Of a stretch of DNA of 64,000 nt, positions 22,131 to 31,880 are shown one piece after another (positions within the stretch are counted from its first letter, which is position 1; the number at the start of each line of letters is the position of its first letter). Location of the stretch: positions 119,636-183,635 of the forward strand of contig UQWE01000001.1 in assembly GCA_900544655.1 (NCBI GenBank), given 5' to 3'. The DNA comes from an uncultured Coriobacteriaceae bacterium (lineage in GTDB: Bacteria > Actinomycetota > Coriobacteriia > Coriobacteriales > Atopobiaceae). Made by a program: the position numbers and the translations under genes. Below the pieces are notes generated by a model. It searched no databases. It had not been told where the DNA came from and saw only the letters and a program-made list of their open reading frames with translations.

Positions 22131-23630
22131 TTACTGGACAGACACCTCAGTGGTCTTTGCACTGGGTTCCGTTGAGGCCTCCGGAGACACGGCGGAACCA
22201 GTGGAGGCGCTTGAGCCGTCAGGAGTCACCTCTCCGTCACTAACGGTGGTCGCAAGCGAACCACTCGCAGCATCGGAGCTGGATCCTTGGGAAGCAAAGG
22301 TGAGCGACACGTTCGTTACCTTCCAACCCAAGCCATCACGCACGAGAGAGACGGAATAAGACTGGCTACCGCCCGAGGCGAGGCTGGCATTAACGAGCGC
22401 CGTACTCTGTGCCATAGAGCGGTCGATACCGGAAACGCTACAAGTGGCACCACGAGGCATGATGGATTCGATGTCCCTACGAGCATCATCAGAAATGGAA
22501 CTCGAAAGATAAGGAGTGATATCACTGCCAGAAGTACCAGCGCTAAACATGTCAGAAACCACGGCCTCCTGAGTGGGCCAGCCATAGCCCTTATAGTAGG
22601 CAAAGCCACCAACTCCACCAAGAATGGCGAGAAGAAGGAGGATAAACAGAACCACCTTGAGGCCACGGTGATTGTGCTTGCGACGCATCTTGCGATCGTC
22701 GCGATCAGCCTTCATGAGGTCCTCCTCCGTTACGGAGAAGAAGCCCGTGTCCTCAGGACTCGGAATGAACTCGCCGGAACGACCCATCGGGTCAAGCGGA
22801 TCATACGCCGCACCCTGAGAGTAACCCTGGCTCACGACAGCCTGGGATCCAGATTGATCCGTGGCAACAAGGCCCTGGTCACCATAGCCGGCATTGGCAA
22901 GCATCTGATCGGTCTCAGAGGGGCCAGAACCAGCTGCAGCAGAAAGAGCCCTTTGAGCCGCAGAGAAGGCAACCTGCTGCTCCGGCGTAAGGGTGTAGTT
23001 GGGATCCGCAGCCGCATGGTTGAACGCGTCCGCAGCCTCTGAGATCTTGTTGCAAGCCATGTAGGCCTGGCCGAGCTCCGCGTTGATGGCACCCGTGCTA
23101 GCACTCGTAGAAAAATCTAGGGCCGTACGATAGGCATCAATAGCATCGTTGGTACGCGCGAGCTGCATAAAGCAGGCACCAAGCTTCACGAGAGACTGGG
23201 CCGGATCGGGATTCTGCTCGTCAATCGCGGCAGAACGCCAGGCGCTCGCAGCCTCAACAACGAGACCACGCTTCTCGAACAGCTTGCCAAGGGCGAGATA
23301 CGCCTTATAGGGCGTAGGATAGCTAGGATCAGAGACCGCAGCCTGGAAGCACGCCAAAGCCGCGTCATCCTGACCGGCGGCAACAAGTGCGCGGCCACGG
23401 TTGCAGTTAAGAGCGCCGACATGGCCATATGTAGCGTCAGAAAGTGCCTCTGCGTACGCAGCTGCGGCCTCAGCATAACGGCCGAGCTTCATAAGGGCGT
23501 TGCCACGAAGGTGGTCGGCCTCGCCAAAGGCCTCACCGGAGGACTTGGCGTTCTCGAGGGCGCTGGCAGCTCCAGCCCAATCGCCACGCTGATAAGAGTC
23601 CTTGGCAATCCTGAAAGCTTCGGTATTCAT
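22131..23630 (-). CDS. Tetratricopeptide-repeat single-pass membrane protein
   Basis: Several TPR-like repeats (HLRGNALMKLGRYAEA, YLALGKLFE, ELGQAYM), basic stretch + TM (VVLFILLLLAILGG), Ser/Thr-rich C-terminus. Confidence 0.85.
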   Translation of the reverse strand: MNTEAFRIAKDSYQRGDWAGAASALENAKSSGEAFGEADHLRGNALMKLGRYAEAAAAYAEALSDATYGHVGALNCNRGRALVAAGQDDAALACFQAAVSDPSYPTPYKAYLALGKLFEKRGLVVEAASAWRSAAIDEQNPDPAQSLVKLGACFMQLARTNDAIDAYRTALDFSTSASTGAINAELGQAYMACNKISEAADAFNHAAADPNYTLTPEQQVAFSAAQRALSAAAGSGPSETDQMLANAGYGDQGLVATDQSGSQAVVSQGYSQGAAYDPLDPMGRSGEFIPSPEDTGFFSVTEEDLMKADRDDRKMRRKHNHRGLKVVLFILLLLAILGGVGGFAYYKGYGWPTQEAVVSDMFSAGTSGSDITPYLSSSISDDARRDIESIMPRGATCSVSGIDRSMAQSTALVNASLASGGSQSYSVSLVRDGLGWKVTNVSLTFASQGSSSDAASGSLATTVSDGEVTPDGSSASTGSAVSPEASTEPSAKTTEVSVQ

Positions 23631-23652
23631 AGGTCATCCGTCCCTTGGGGTT

Positions 23653-24243
23653 CTAGGCCTCGTGACTAATGCGAATGGACTCGATGTCATCACCCGCGCG
23701 CAAGGCACTAATGACATCGAGGCCTTCGATGGTCTGGCCAAAAACCGTGTAGTCATTATCGAGCATGTGCTGGGCGCCAAGGCAGAAATAGAACTGCGAG
23801 CCAGCGGAATCCGGATTAGACGAGCGTGCCATCGCAAGCGCGCCATCGTCATGGCTATTGCGAGGATTCGTATCATACTCATGGACGATACGATAGCCAG
23901 GGCCACCGGTGCCCGGCTGGCCATCAGGGCCACGCATGCCGCGAGCGACCTCATCAGAAGTCATGTCGCGAGTGTTGGGGCAACCGCCCTGGATGACGAA
24001 TCCGGGCACATAGCGATGGAACTTGAGGCCGTCATAGTAGCCGCTCATGGCAAGCTCGCAGAAGTTAGCTACGTGAATGGGAGCACCCTCGGCGTCGAGG
24101 CGCACGCGAATGGTGCCCTTCGAGGTAACAATAGTGGCGACCTCGTCACCGACGCAGACATACTCAGGAGTGTAGAGGGGATCGGGCATACCGAACATGT
24201 GGCCTCCATGCATGTGGACGCGCGCCTCGTGGCGCGGATTCAA
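23653..24243 (-). CDS. Cyclophilin-type peptidyl-prolyl isomerase (start uncertain)
   Basis: APIHVANF, FHRYVPGFVIQGG, GALAMAR, SAGSQFYF, YTVFGQ. Confidence 0.93.
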   Translation of the reverse strand: MNPRHEARVHMHGGHMFGMPDPLYTPEYVCVGDEVATIVTSKGTIRVRLDAEGAPIHVANFCELAMSGYYDGLKFHRYVPGFVIQGGCPNTRDMTSDEVARGMRGPDGQPGTGGPGYRIVHEYDTNPRNSHDDGALAMARSSNPDSAGSQFYFCLGAQHMLDNDYTVFGQTIEGLDVISALRAGDDIESIRISHEA

Positions 24244-24391
24244 ACAAACCTATCCAGATGATTCTAGCAGCACGAGCCACTGTTCACACATTCGGCACGC
24301 CACATTAAGACGCAAGGCGCTCGGAGAAACATATAAGTCTCCTCGAGCGCTCCTAGCGGACACTATTTTAAAGGACCCGAAAACACCGCTC

Positions 24392-25381
24392 TTATCTCTG
24401 CGCCGGCTTCCATGCGTCATAGTTCTTCTTGAACAAATTGACGTAGGACTCAGAGCCATCAGACTCCCTGTTCCCGACCATGGGAGCGAGAATCTTGCCC
24501 TTATCGGCAGCCGGATCAGAGGAACCCGCAGAAACCTTCCATGCGTCATAAATGGACTCGACGCGGTTTCTGAGCCAGCTTGCCAGCGTAGAGACGTTGG
24601 TCTTCTGATCCGTATAGGTACCCGTCGTCACGACGTCAATGTTGGAAATCGTCGTCACGACGTTGCTGGCGTCAAGCGAAAGCTGCTTTGCCTCTTCGAG
24701 GGCGGCTGAACGATCCTCTGAAGACCCTGAGATACCCGTGGTATCGAGTCTAGACTCGAGGTCATCAGCCCTGTCCGAGATGTCCTTAAGGCTCTCATAA
24801 GCCCCAAGGAGCGAGTTGTACGTCAAGTCGTCGGCGCTTTCAGCCGAAGTAGCGCTTGCAAACTTATCCTGACCCTGCAAGGCTGATATCGTGCCGGGGA
24901 AGCCTGCCTGCGAGGTGTCTGCCGGCGTCGTGGCGCGAGTGTCATTCAGATTGGGATTCCATGGATGGGCAATGACAAGCGACAGGCCGCCAACGAGGAG
25001 CAGACTCGCAATGGCAGCGAGAGCGAACACCTTCGTATGCGGAAGCCTCTCTCGGCCATAGGCAGATTCTGACGAGGGATCGGGCTCCGAAGGAATGGCG
25101 CTCTCAATACGCGGCAGTGAGGATGTGCGCTCGCGCTCGAGCGCGCGGTCCTCGGCACGTCTATGCTCCATCTGCTCTACGGCCGAGCTAACGCGAGAAG
25201 TCTCGACCGGCATGCCGCACTTAGGACACACGGTGGCTCCCGCGGGCACGAGCGCGCCGCAGGAGGAACACCAGGTGCCCGTAAGTTTGGGCATCACGCG
25301 AGTCATGGCAAGGTCCGCGTGACAAGCTGGACAGACAGAGAGCCCGTCAGGTATGGCGGACCCGCATGAAGGACAAATCAC
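24392..25381 (-). CDS. Double zinc-ribbon membrane protein
   Basis: CPSCG..CPACH and CSSCG..CPKCG, single TM, helical C-terminal domain; GTGA overlap with acnA stop. Confidence 0.8.
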   Translation of the reverse strand: MICPSCGSAIPDGLSVCPACHADLAMTRVMPKLTGTWCSSCGALVPAGATVCPKCGMPVETSRVSSAVEQMEHRRAEDRALERERTSSLPRIESAIPSEPDPSSESAYGRERLPHTKVFALAAIASLLLVGGLSLVIAHPWNPNLNDTRATTPADTSQAGFPGTISALQGQDKFASATSAESADDLTYNSLLGAYESLKDISDRADDLESRLDTTGISGSSEDRSAALEEAKQLSLDASNVVTTISNIDVVTTGTYTDQKTNVSTLASWLRNRVESIYDAWKVSAGSSDPAADKGKILAPMVGNRESDGSESYVNLFKKNYDAWKPAQR

Positions 25382-28053
25382 GAAAGCTCCTCAAGTACAT
25401 AGGGAAGGATGCCACCGGACGCGAGGAACCTACCCTCGAGGGCGGTATCTACGCGCACGACACAAGAGAACTCAACAACCGTACCGTCTTGCTTCGTGGC
25501 TCGAACGTTGACGGTACGGCTCGCGGGAAGACCCGACGAGAGGTCGACGGCGTCGATTTCGTACACCTCGGTGCCATCAAGCCCAAGCGAGGAAGCACCC
25601 TCTCCCTCGGCAAACTCGAGAGGCAGCATGCCCATCTGAACAAGATTCGAGCGATGGATGCGCTCGAAGCTCTCGGCAATCACCGCACGCACGCCGAGAA
25701 GCATCGGACCCTTCGCAGCCCAGTCGCGGCTCGAACCAGAGCCATACATACGACCGGCGACGATGATGAGGGGCACGCCCGCACGGTTGTAATCCTCGGC
25801 GGCGTCAAATACCCTCACGACCTCGCTGGAAAGCTGGTCAAGCGTAAAGGGGCCCGGACGACCGGCAAGCTTGTTCTCAAGCTTCACGTTGGCGAAGGTT
25901 CCTCGCGCCATGCACTCATGATTGCCGCGACGGGCGCCATAGGTGTTGAAATCTGCCTGATCAACGCCTCGCTCGTTAAGATAGCGCGCGCAAGGAGAAT
26001 CGGCAGCGATCGCACCTGCCGGAGAGATGTGATCAGTGGTGACGAAATCGCCAAAGAGGGCAAGAGCGCGGGCACCACAAATGCCAAACTCCTGTCGGGA
26101 CTGAGCCATCTCGAAGTAGGGCGGACGGCGTACATAAGTCGACATCTTGTCCCAACTGAACGTGTCAGTCGCCGACGCCTCGATAGAGCGCCACGTGGCA
26201 TCTCCCTCCATAAGGCCCTTCATACCGAGGGAATAGACCTCTGGAGTAAGGACCTCGGCAAGAACAGCGTCGATCTCCTCGGTAGACGGCAGGATGTCAG
26301 AAAGCATGACGGGGGCGCCGGATGCGTCCGTACCGAGCGGCGTGACCGTAAGGTCGATGTCCATCGTGCCGGCAATCGCATAGGCCACGACAACCGCAGG
26401 CTGCGCAAGGAAGTTCTGTGCCACATCGGGAGAAATGCGACCGTCGAAGTTGCGGTTGCCGGAGAGGACGCTCGTAAGCTCGCAGTCAGCCGCAATCGGC
26501 TTGAGGGCGGGAAGAATTTCTCCGGAGTTACCGATACAGCTCATGCAGCCAAACCCACAGGTATAGAAGCCAAGCGCCTGAAGATCGCCGAGGAGGCCCG
26601 CGCGCTTGAGAATATCCGCCGCGGCATGGCTGCCGGGCGCGAGGATACGCTTGACCCAGGGCTTGGCCTTAAGACCCGCCCTATGGGCGGCACGAGCGGT
26701 GAGACCGGCGGCAACCATCATCGCGGGGTCAGTCGCCGTCGTGCAGCTGGTGATGGCGGCAATGGCGAGCGTGCCGTGGCCAAGGTCATACTCCGCACCA
26801 TCGGCACAAGTAACGTGCCAGGTTGCGGCGGCATCGCCATGGCCGTGCTTAGTGGCGTTCTCCTCAAAGCGAGCCTTAAGCCCCGCGGGTGTGACGCGGT
26901 TATGGGGCCTCGAGGGGCCAGCGAGCGAGAGCTCGACCTCGGAAAGGTTGAGCTCGACCACACGCGCATACGTACGGCCGCTAACGCCACCAAAGACGCC
27001 CTGCGCTCGGGCATAGGCCTCGACGAAGGAGATCTCCGCGTCATCGCGGCCGGTAAGGCGCAGGTAATCAAGGACGTTGTTGTCGATCGGGAACAAAGTA
27101 GAGGTGGCGCCGTATTCAGGCGTCATGTTGGATACGCAAGCGCGCTGAGTAACTGAAAGCGTTGAAACGCCCTCACCGAAAGCCTCGACAAGACAGCCCA
27201 CGACGCCCTCGGCGCGAAGCCTCTGGGCAACCGTAAGGGCAAGATCCATCGCGGAGATGCCGTCGCGCAAGCGACCCGTCAGGTGCAGGCCCACGACCTC
27301 GGGCACGCGCATGGTTATGGGCTGGCCCAGGGCCGCCGCCTCGGCCTCGATGCCACCGACTCCCCAGCCGAGGACACCGATGCCATTGGCGGTGGGAGTG
27401 TGCGAGTCTGTGCCCACAACGGTGTCGAAGCACGCAAGCTCACCTTTGCCCTCCCAAAGGGCGTCAGTGGAGACGACCCGGCAGAAGCGCTCGATGTTGA
27501 GCTGGTGGCAGATGCCGCCGCCGGGCGGAACGATCTCGACGTTATCAAACGAGCGGCCGGCCCATTTGAGGAAAGAGAAGCGCTCGCGGTTGCGCTTTGC
27601 CTCGATGGCGAGATTCTCAGCGGCAGCGGACGGACAACCCGAGACATCGGCGGCAACGGAGTGGTCGATGATGAGCGTGCAGGGAATGCGAGGGTTCACG
27701 CGTGAGGGGTCTCCCCCACGCGCTGCCATGGCGTCTCGCATGGCAGCAAAGTCGACGAACACCGGAACGCCGGTGAAGTCCTGGAAAAGGACGCGGGCGG
27801 GCATGAACACGACCTCGTCACCAGCCGTGCCTGATCGGGCCGCCGCAAGAACTCGCTCGGCCGAAGCGATTGCCGCCTCGTCAGTCTCGGCTCGCCTAAC
27901 GACGTTCTCGAGAAGCGTGAGAAGACAAGCGGGAAGCTCAGACGCTCCGGGAATGCCGGAGACGTCGATATAGCCCCTGCTAATGCCAGATACAACGAGG
28001 GTCTTAGGATTCCTCGCCGCCACAACGGCACTGGCAAAGGTCTCACTTGTCAT
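25378..28053 (-). CDS. acnA: Aconitate hydratase A family protein
   Basis: QDFTGVP, IDHSV, GTDSHT, Fe-S Cys in SCT / GCMSCIGNSG, SGNRNF, TTDHISPAG, GSGSSRDWAAKG, SFERIHRSNL. Confidence 0.93.
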   Translation of the reverse strand: MTSETFASAVVAARNPKTLVVSGISRGYIDVSGIPGASELPACLLTLLENVVRRAETDEAAIASAERVLAAARSGTAGDEVVFMPARVLFQDFTGVPVFVDFAAMRDAMAARGGDPSRVNPRIPCTLIIDHSVAADVSGCPSAAAENLAIEAKRNRERFSFLKWAGRSFDNVEIVPPGGGICHQLNIERFCRVVSTDALWEGKGELACFDTVVGTDSHTPTANGIGVLGWGVGGIEAEAAALGQPITMRVPEVVGLHLTGRLRDGISAMDLALTVAQRLRAEGVVGCLVEAFGEGVSTLSVTQRACVSNMTPEYGATSTLFPIDNNVLDYLRLTGRDDAEISFVEAYARAQGVFGGVSGRTYARVVELNLSEVELSLAGPSRPHNRVTPAGLKARFEENATKHGHGDAAATWHVTCADGAEYDLGHGTLAIAAITSCTTATDPAMMVAAGLTARAAHRAGLKAKPWVKRILAPGSHAAADILKRAGLLGDLQALGFYTCGFGCMSCIGNSGEILPALKPIAADCELTSVLSGNRNFDGRISPDVAQNFLAQPAVVVAYAIAGTMDIDLTVTPLGTDASGAPVMLSDILPSTEEIDAVLAEVLTPEVYSLGMKGLMEGDATWRSIEASATDTFSWDKMSTYVRRPPYFEMAQSRQEFGICGARALALFGDFVTTDHISPAGAIAADSPCARYLNERGVDQADFNTYGARRGNHECMARGTFANVKLENKLAGRPGPFTLDQLSSEVVRVFDAAEDYNRAGVPLIIVAGRMYGSGSSRDWAAKGPMLLGVRAVIAESFERIHRSNLVQMGMLPLEFAEGEGASSLGLDGTEVYEIDAVDLSSGLPASRTVNVRATKQDGTVVEFSCVVRVDTALEGRFLASGGILPYVLEELS

Positions 28054-30466
28054 TAGCATCACGTCCCTTGTCACTATTCTCGATTGCACTCATGAAGCGC
28101 GCGTAGCCCTCGTCTCCCGTGGCAAGAGCAACACCGCGGGTGAAGAGGTAGTTGAAGAGGAGAAGCGAGACCACTCCGATAGCAGCGATCGCGACGATCA
28201 TTCCAAACGTCGGAGAGACGATACAGAAGAACGGGCCCGCGATAGTGCAGCCAAATACAACGATGGCAACGACAACGACAAGTAGAGCCGCCCTAAGCGA
28301 GTTGAGCGGAAGAGAGATTCGAACGACGAGGCTGAAGCCAACCAGGCACGTCAGGACTACGCACACGGTGGAAATCTGATCGCGCGTTAGGCCGAAATGC
28401 TCCAAGAACCCGGAGGCTACGCCCACAGCGAGAATGATCGCAGCGGAAGCGGGCACGGAACGAGCGAGCACATTGCCAAGGAAGTTACCCCTCACGCGCT
28501 CGCGATTGGGCTCCAGAGCCAGGACGAAGGACGGAATACCGATGATGGCGGTCGAGATAAGCGACATCTGAACCGGCTGGAACGGATAGGGAGGAATGAA
28601 GGCGCACAGAACAGCCAGAACGGTGGAGAAAACAGTCTTGACGAGAAATAGCGAGGCAGACCTCTCGAGATTGTTGATCGAGCGACGTCCTTCCGCGACG
28701 ACGTCAGGCATGTGAGCGAAGTCGTCATCCACAAGAACGACCTCGGCGACGTTGCGAGCCGCGTCAGACCCAGATGCCATGGCGACAGAGCAGTCAGCCT
28801 CGCGAAGCGCCAGAACATCATTCACGCCGTCGCCTGTCATTGCAACGGTATGGCCCGCCCTGCGAAGCGCAAGGACGAGCTCGCGCTTCTGCTGGGGAGT
28901 CACGCGACCAAACACGCGGTACTTTAGCGCCGCGCGCTTGACGTCCTCGGGAGTTACGAGCGTCGAGGCGTCAACCCACTTGTCCGCATCGGGCACGCCA
29001 GCTTCGGCGGCAATGCTAGAGACCGTGCGAGGGTCGTCGCCCGAAATGACATTGAGCTGTACCCCCTGCTCCGTGAAGTACTTAATCGTTGCAGGAGCAT
29101 TCGTTCGAATATGGTCGGAGATGGAGATGATTCCGAGAGGCCTAGGGGCACCAAGAATTGCGTCCTCGCCGTCGAAACCATCGCACTCCGCGAGAACGAG
29201 CACGCGCTCCCTCTCGCCCGTAGAAGCGAGCGCGGAGGAAATCTCCCGGGGCACGCCGTCAGCGAACACGAACTGCGCCGCGCCCATGACCAGCGCTCGG
29301 CCATCAGCGGTAACGCACCCGGAATACTTGCGCGCACTCGAAAAGCCCACGACGCGCTGGTAATCCGGAGTGTCGATGCCCGTCTCATCAGCATGGCGAA
29401 GGATGGCAGTAGCCGTCTCGTTGGCGTCATGGCTGCTTGCACGACTAACACACGCAGCTGCAAACTCAACGTCGGCGGAGCTGTGACCCGACACGCCAAT
29501 GGCGCGCTCGAAGTCCATGGATCCAGACGTAATGGTTCCGGTCTTATCAAGGCAAAGAACATCAACACGGGCGAGCATTTCAATGCAATAGAACTGCTGG
29601 ATAAGAACGCTCTTCCTCGCAAGCCTTGCAGTAGAGATGACGAGAACCGTGGAAGTGAGAAGAACGAGACCTTGCGGAATCATGCCAACAAGCGCAGACA
29701 CCGTAGTAAGGATCGCGTCATTGAGGCCATATCCATCCTTAAGCGTGCGAATAAACAAGGCAAGGCCGATGGGGGCGAGGAGCCACGTAGACGTCCGGAT
29801 GATCATCTGGAACGTCGCCATGATCTCGCTCTTGATGTTCTTGATGTACTTGGCCTCAGCGTTTATGCGAGCGGCATAGGAATCCGCACCAACATCCGTC
29901 ACGCGCGCAACAACGCAACCAGAGTCAAGAAAGCTACCGCTCATGAGCCTGTCGCCAATCGACTTGGCAATAGGCTTGCTCTCGCCCGTCAACAGGCTCT
30001 CGTTAAGGCCAGCCCCTCCCCAAACAACCTCGGCGTCAGCAGAGACCTGGTCACCGCGTCGCAAAACAAGCAGATCGTCGAGAACGACCTCGGCATGCCC
30101 AACTTCGACATCCCCGCCATCGCGACGAACCGTGACGGGGCGCTCCGCCAGAATCGAGAGCTTGTCGATGGCCCGCTTGGAGCGGATCTCCTGGACAACG
30201 CCGATAGCGAGGTTAGAGAGCACGACACAGAGAAACGTAAGATTGCGCCAGGCACCCGTGTACGCCACCAGACAGGCAAGGATGATGTTGATACCGTTGA
30301 ACAGTGTGAACGCATGAGTTGCAATGATCTGAGGGATGGTCTTAGTTTGCGGACCAGCGTCAGCGTTGACGCGACCGTCGGCGACACGGTCCTCGACCTC
30401 GGCCGAAGAAAGACCCCTGAACTCAGGTGCGACGATATCGAAATCTTCTGTACCCAGTGTAATCAT
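28043..30466 (-). CDS. P-type ATPase (HAD-IC, CtpE-like)
   Basis: ESLLTGES, CLDKTGT, ISGDDP, MTGDGVND; multiple TM helices; GGAGG before ATG 30466. Confidence 0.94.
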   Translation of the reverse strand: MITLGTEDFDIVAPEFRGLSSAEVEDRVADGRVNADAGPQTKTIPQIIATHAFTLFNGINIILACLVAYTGAWRNLTFLCVVLSNLAIGVVQEIRSKRAIDKLSILAERPVTVRRDGGDVEVGHAEVVLDDLLVLRRGDQVSADAEVVWGGAGLNESLLTGESKPIAKSIGDRLMSGSFLDSGCVVARVTDVGADSYAARINAEAKYIKNIKSEIMATFQMIIRTSTWLLAPIGLALFIRTLKDGYGLNDAILTTVSALVGMIPQGLVLLTSTVLVISTARLARKSVLIQQFYCIEMLARVDVLCLDKTGTITSGSMDFERAIGVSGHSSADVEFAAACVSRASSHDANETATAILRHADETGIDTPDYQRVVGFSSARKYSGCVTADGRALVMGAAQFVFADGVPREISSALASTGERERVLVLAECDGFDGEDAILGAPRPLGIISISDHIRTNAPATIKYFTEQGVQLNVISGDDPRTVSSIAAEAGVPDADKWVDASTLVTPEDVKRAALKYRVFGRVTPQQKRELVLALRRAGHTVAMTGDGVNDVLALREADCSVAMASGSDAARNVAEVVLVDDDFAHMPDVVAEGRRSINNLERSASLFLVKTVFSTVLAVLCAFIPPYPFQPVQMSLISTAIIGIPSFVLALEPNRERVRGNFLGNVLARSVPASAAIILAVGVASGFLEHFGLTRDQISTVCVVLTCLVGFSLVVRISLPLNSLRAALLVVVVAIVVFGCTIAGPFFCIVSPTFGMIVAIAAIGVVSLLLFNYLFTRGVALATGDEGYARFMSAIENSDKGRDANDK

Positions 30467-30634
30467 GCCTCCGCTCAACAATCCGTAAGCTCTTATTGTA
30501 CGGACTAGTGGGTCACATAAATCGAAAGCTAATAACACTTACATACTTGAAACGTTGAAGAATCAAGCAGCCATCCCCGCCGAATTGCGCTACATGCCCT
30601 ATACTCTCTCTCACACACGCGCATATCGTCGCAT

Positions 30635-30711
30635 GCTCTCTTAGCTCAGCTGGATAGAGCGTTCGCCTCCGGAGCGAAAGGTCGCGGGTTCGAATCCCAC
30701 AGAGAGCACCA
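30635..30711 (+). tRNA. tRNA-Arg (anticodon CCG), encoded CCA
   Basis: GCTCTCT/AGAGAGC acceptor stem, GCTC/GAGC D-stem, TTCGC-CTCCGGA-GCGAA anticodon arm, GGTTCGAATCC T-loop, ACCA end. Confidence 0.97.
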
Positions 30712-30722
30712 CTTGTTTAGCC

Positions 30723-30749
30723 AGGGCCCCTGTCATGGGGCCTTTCTTG
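30723..30749 (+). terminator. Intrinsic terminator after tRNA-Arg
   Basis: AGGGCCCC-TGTCAT-GGGGCCTT then TCTTG. Confidence 0.75.
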
Positions 30750-30860
30750 TATACGGTCATTACATCTCTGTTTCGCGCGAGGTTCCAATCGGACGCTGTA
30801 GTACCATCAATCAACTAACTAAATCTCGGGTTGACCCAGACAGCGCCAAAGGAGAATCGC

Positions 30861-31880
30861 ATGATTGCCGTCGTCAAGGACACCGCCACACCAGAGCAGC
30901 TTGACCACTTTGTCTCCTGGATTCACGGCAAGGGCCTCGACGCCCATGTGTCCAAGGGCTATAACGCGACGATCGTCGGTCTCGTAGGCGACACCACTCA
31001 GATTGACCCGTACCTTATTGAGGGCATGGATATCATCGAGCGCGTTCAGCGCGTCTCCGAGCCCTTCAAGAAGGCCAACCGCAAGTTCCACCCGCTCGAC
31101 ACCGTCGTCGATTGCGGCCATGGCGTGAAGATCGGCGGCGGCACCTTCCATGTCATCGCCGGTCCCTGCTCCGTCGAGGGCGAGAATCTCATCAGCATCG
31201 CCCGCCAAGTCAAGGCTGCCGGCGCCACGCTTCTCCGCGGCGGCGCCTATAAGCCCCGCACCTCTCCTTACGCCTACCAGGGGATGGGCGAAAAGGGCCT
31301 GGACCTTCTCTGCGAGGCACGAGACGAACTCGACATGCCCATCGTGACTGAGATCATGGACCCTCGAGACGTCGACACTTTCGTGTCTCACGGCATCGAA
31401 GTCTGGCAGATCGGCGCCCGCAACGCCCAGAACTTCCCCCTGCTCAAGGAGGTTGGCAAGACCAAGGCCGCCATCCTGCTCAAGCGCGGCATCTCAGGCA
31501 CCATCGACGAGCTCCTCATGGCAGCCGAGTACATCATGAGCGAGGGCAACCCCAACGTCATCGTCTGCGAGCGAGGCATTCGCACGTTTGAGACCCACAC
31601 GAGGAACACCTTCGACCTCTCCGCCGTCCCCGTCCTCCATGACCTCTCGCACCTGCCGGTCTGCGCCGACCCGAGCCACGCGACGGGTCACACGCGCTAT
31701 GTCACCCCAATGGCGCTCGCAGCCACCGCCGCAGGCGCGGATTGCCTGGAGATCGAGGTCCACGACGACCCGAAGCACGCCTGGTCCGACGGCGCGCAGG
31801 CACTCACGCCCGCGCAGTTCAAGGACGCCATGACGCGCATCGCCACCGTCCGCGAGGCAGTCACGATGGAGGTCGAGTAA
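30861..31880 (+). CDS. aroF: DAHP synthase, type I-beta with N-terminal regulatory domain
   Basis: IAGPCSVE, LRGGAYKPRTSPY, QIGARN, CERGIRTF, DPSHATG, EVH; AAAGGAG RBS. Confidence 0.96.
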   Translation: MIAVVKDTATPEQLDHFVSWIHGKGLDAHVSKGYNATIVGLVGDTTQIDPYLIEGMDIIERVQRVSEPFKKANRKFHPLDTVVDCGHGVKIGGGTFHVIAGPCSVEGENLISIARQVKAAGATLLRGGAYKPRTSPYAYQGMGEKGLDLLCEARDELDMPIVTEIMDPRDVDTFVSHGIEVWQIGARNAQNFPLLKEVGKTKAAILLKRGISGTIDELLMAAEYIMSEGNPNVIVCERGIRTFETHTRNTFDLSAVPVLHDLSHLPVCADPSHATGHTRYVTPMALAATAAGADCLEIEVHDDPKHAWSDGAQALTPAQFKDAMTRIATVREAVTMEVE

